The notes beneath the pieces were generated by a model. That model saw only the letters and a list, made by a program, of their open reading frames with translations. It was not told where the DNA came from and ran no database searches. Positions 20,655-21,728 of a stretch of DNA of 21,728 nt are shown in pieces. The stretch is from the NCBI GenBank assembly GCA_013239625.1, contig MU053911.1:672132-693859 (forward strand). The letters run 5' to 3'. Within the stretch, counting starts at the first letter, position 1; each line of letters begins with the position of its first letter. The stretch is from Lama guanicoe (taxonomy: Eukaryota). The position numbers and the translations under genes were made by a program.

Positions 20655-20835
20655 GCATTTATGAAGCATTTACTGTGCTTCAGACACCCGTCCAAATACT
20701 TACATGTATCACAGCATTAATCACCCAAACAGCTCTCCTGATCCTAGACTGACACCCGGGTTTTCCGGACGAGGCCACGGAGACTTTGAGAAGGCGCGGC
20801 ACACGGAAGGGCAGCGCTGCGGTTTGCACTGAGCG
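20655..20835 (-). mobile_element. MIR inserted into L2
   Basis: CATTTATGAAGCATTTACTGTG...ACTTACATGTAT...CATTAATC...TTTTCCGGACGAGGCCACGGAGAC. Confidence 0.7.
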
Positions 20836-20844
20836 GGGGTAAGG

Positions 20845-21296
20845 TGAGAGACAATCTCTTAGCTGCATTAAGAGGACCGTTAGCTTTTTAGGTCTAGGGG
20901 CACAAGAGAGAATGTGAGAAAATCAGGCAATGAAATTCAAGAGGCAGTTTGAAGCCAAATCGTGAAGAGTCTCAATGTGGAGTTAACGAGTTTGCACTTC
21001 ACCCAGTGAGAATGTCCAGATCAGATCTGTGTTCTAGAAAGACTCTGAGATTGCTGTGGGGAACACATGAAGGCGGTCAGGAGGCCCCTGCAGAATGCTG
21101 AGCTGTAAGCAGTCAGTGCTGGAAATAAAGCAGCAGACGGAGGTAGGAGAGAGGAGACAGATTTAGAAACAGTTCAGCTGTGGAATCAGCAGGACCTTGT
21201 GTCCAGCTGGCAAAAGAGAAAGTTATAGGACAGAGTCTACCTAAATCCCGGGTTTCCAGCTTGGAAGCTGGGTGGATGGATGTATTCCCTAGATAA
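20845..21296 (-). mobile_element. L2 fragment (continuation)
   Basis: GATCAGATCTGTGTTCTAGAAAGACTCTG...GGAGAGAGGAGACAGATTTAG...GAATCAGCAGGACCTTG...CCCGGGTTTCCAGCTTGGAAGCTGGGTGGATGG. Confidence 0.8.
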
Positions 21297-21345
21297 ACCT
21301 AACCACCAAAAGAGTTTGCAAAAGTAACCCTTAAAATTTTAAACA

Positions 21346-21728
21346 TTGCTCTAGTTCTGTGAAATATGTCCTGGGTAATTGGATAGGGATTGCATTAAAT
21401 CTGTAGATTACCTTGGGCAGTGTGACCATTTTAACAATATTGATTCTTCCAATCCAAGAGCATGGAATATCTTTCCATTTTTTAAAGTCTTCTTTAATTT
21501 CCTTCATCAATGGTTTATAGTTTTCTGTGTATAATTCTTTCACCTCCTTGGTTAGATTTATTCCCAGATATTTTATTACTTTGGGTGCTATTTTAAAGGG
21601 GATTGTTTCTTTACTTTCTTTTTCTGTTGATTTATCGTTAGTGTAAAGAAATGCAACTGATTTTTGAACATTAATTTTGTAACCTGCTACCTTGCTGAAT
21701 TCTTCAATCAGCTCTAGTAGCTTTTGTG
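21346..21728 (-). mobile_element. Young LINE-1 ORF2 fragment (end of the reverse transcriptase domain and thumb), open frame, runs off the window edge
   Basis: 21726->21346 translates without stops: [127 protein letters not shown], with the ORF2p motifs [31 protein letters not shown] and IYRFNAIPI. Confidence 0.97.

Noticed and set aside
21331..21543. Host gene CDS (70-aa ORF)
   Set aside because: It is LINE-1 ORF2p sequence, not a cellular gene.

Overview
Mammalian (eutherian) non-coding genomic DNA, probably camelid: there is a tRNA-derived SINE remnant resembling Vic-1 at 9290-9376 and cetartiodactyl-type L1 3' ends, and I saw no Alu, Bov-tA or PRE1. Roughly a third is recognisable interspersed repeat: old L1M 3' ends, L2, MIR, two MLT1 (MaLR) solo LTRs, two lineage-specific L1 3' ends, and a young L1 ORF2 fragment with an intact frame at the right edge. 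I recognise no host protein-coding exon or RNA gene; the supplied ORFs are L1-derived or look like chance ORFs. The unique sequence (about 0.4-2.0, 3.4-5.8, 12-18 and 18.8-19.9 kb) has motif-dense and CpG-rich patches that suggest enhancers, plus a few exon-like cassettes on the + strand. The most testable observations are a probable twin-primed (5'-inverted) young L1 insertion with a predicted target-site duplication, a local weak-to-strong substitution bias in old repeats (possible GC-biased gene conversion), a CpG-rich purine/pyrimidine hairpin tract, and candidate regulatory elements. I found no convincing new biological system. Repeat subfamily calls come from remembered consensus sequences and boundaries are approximate.
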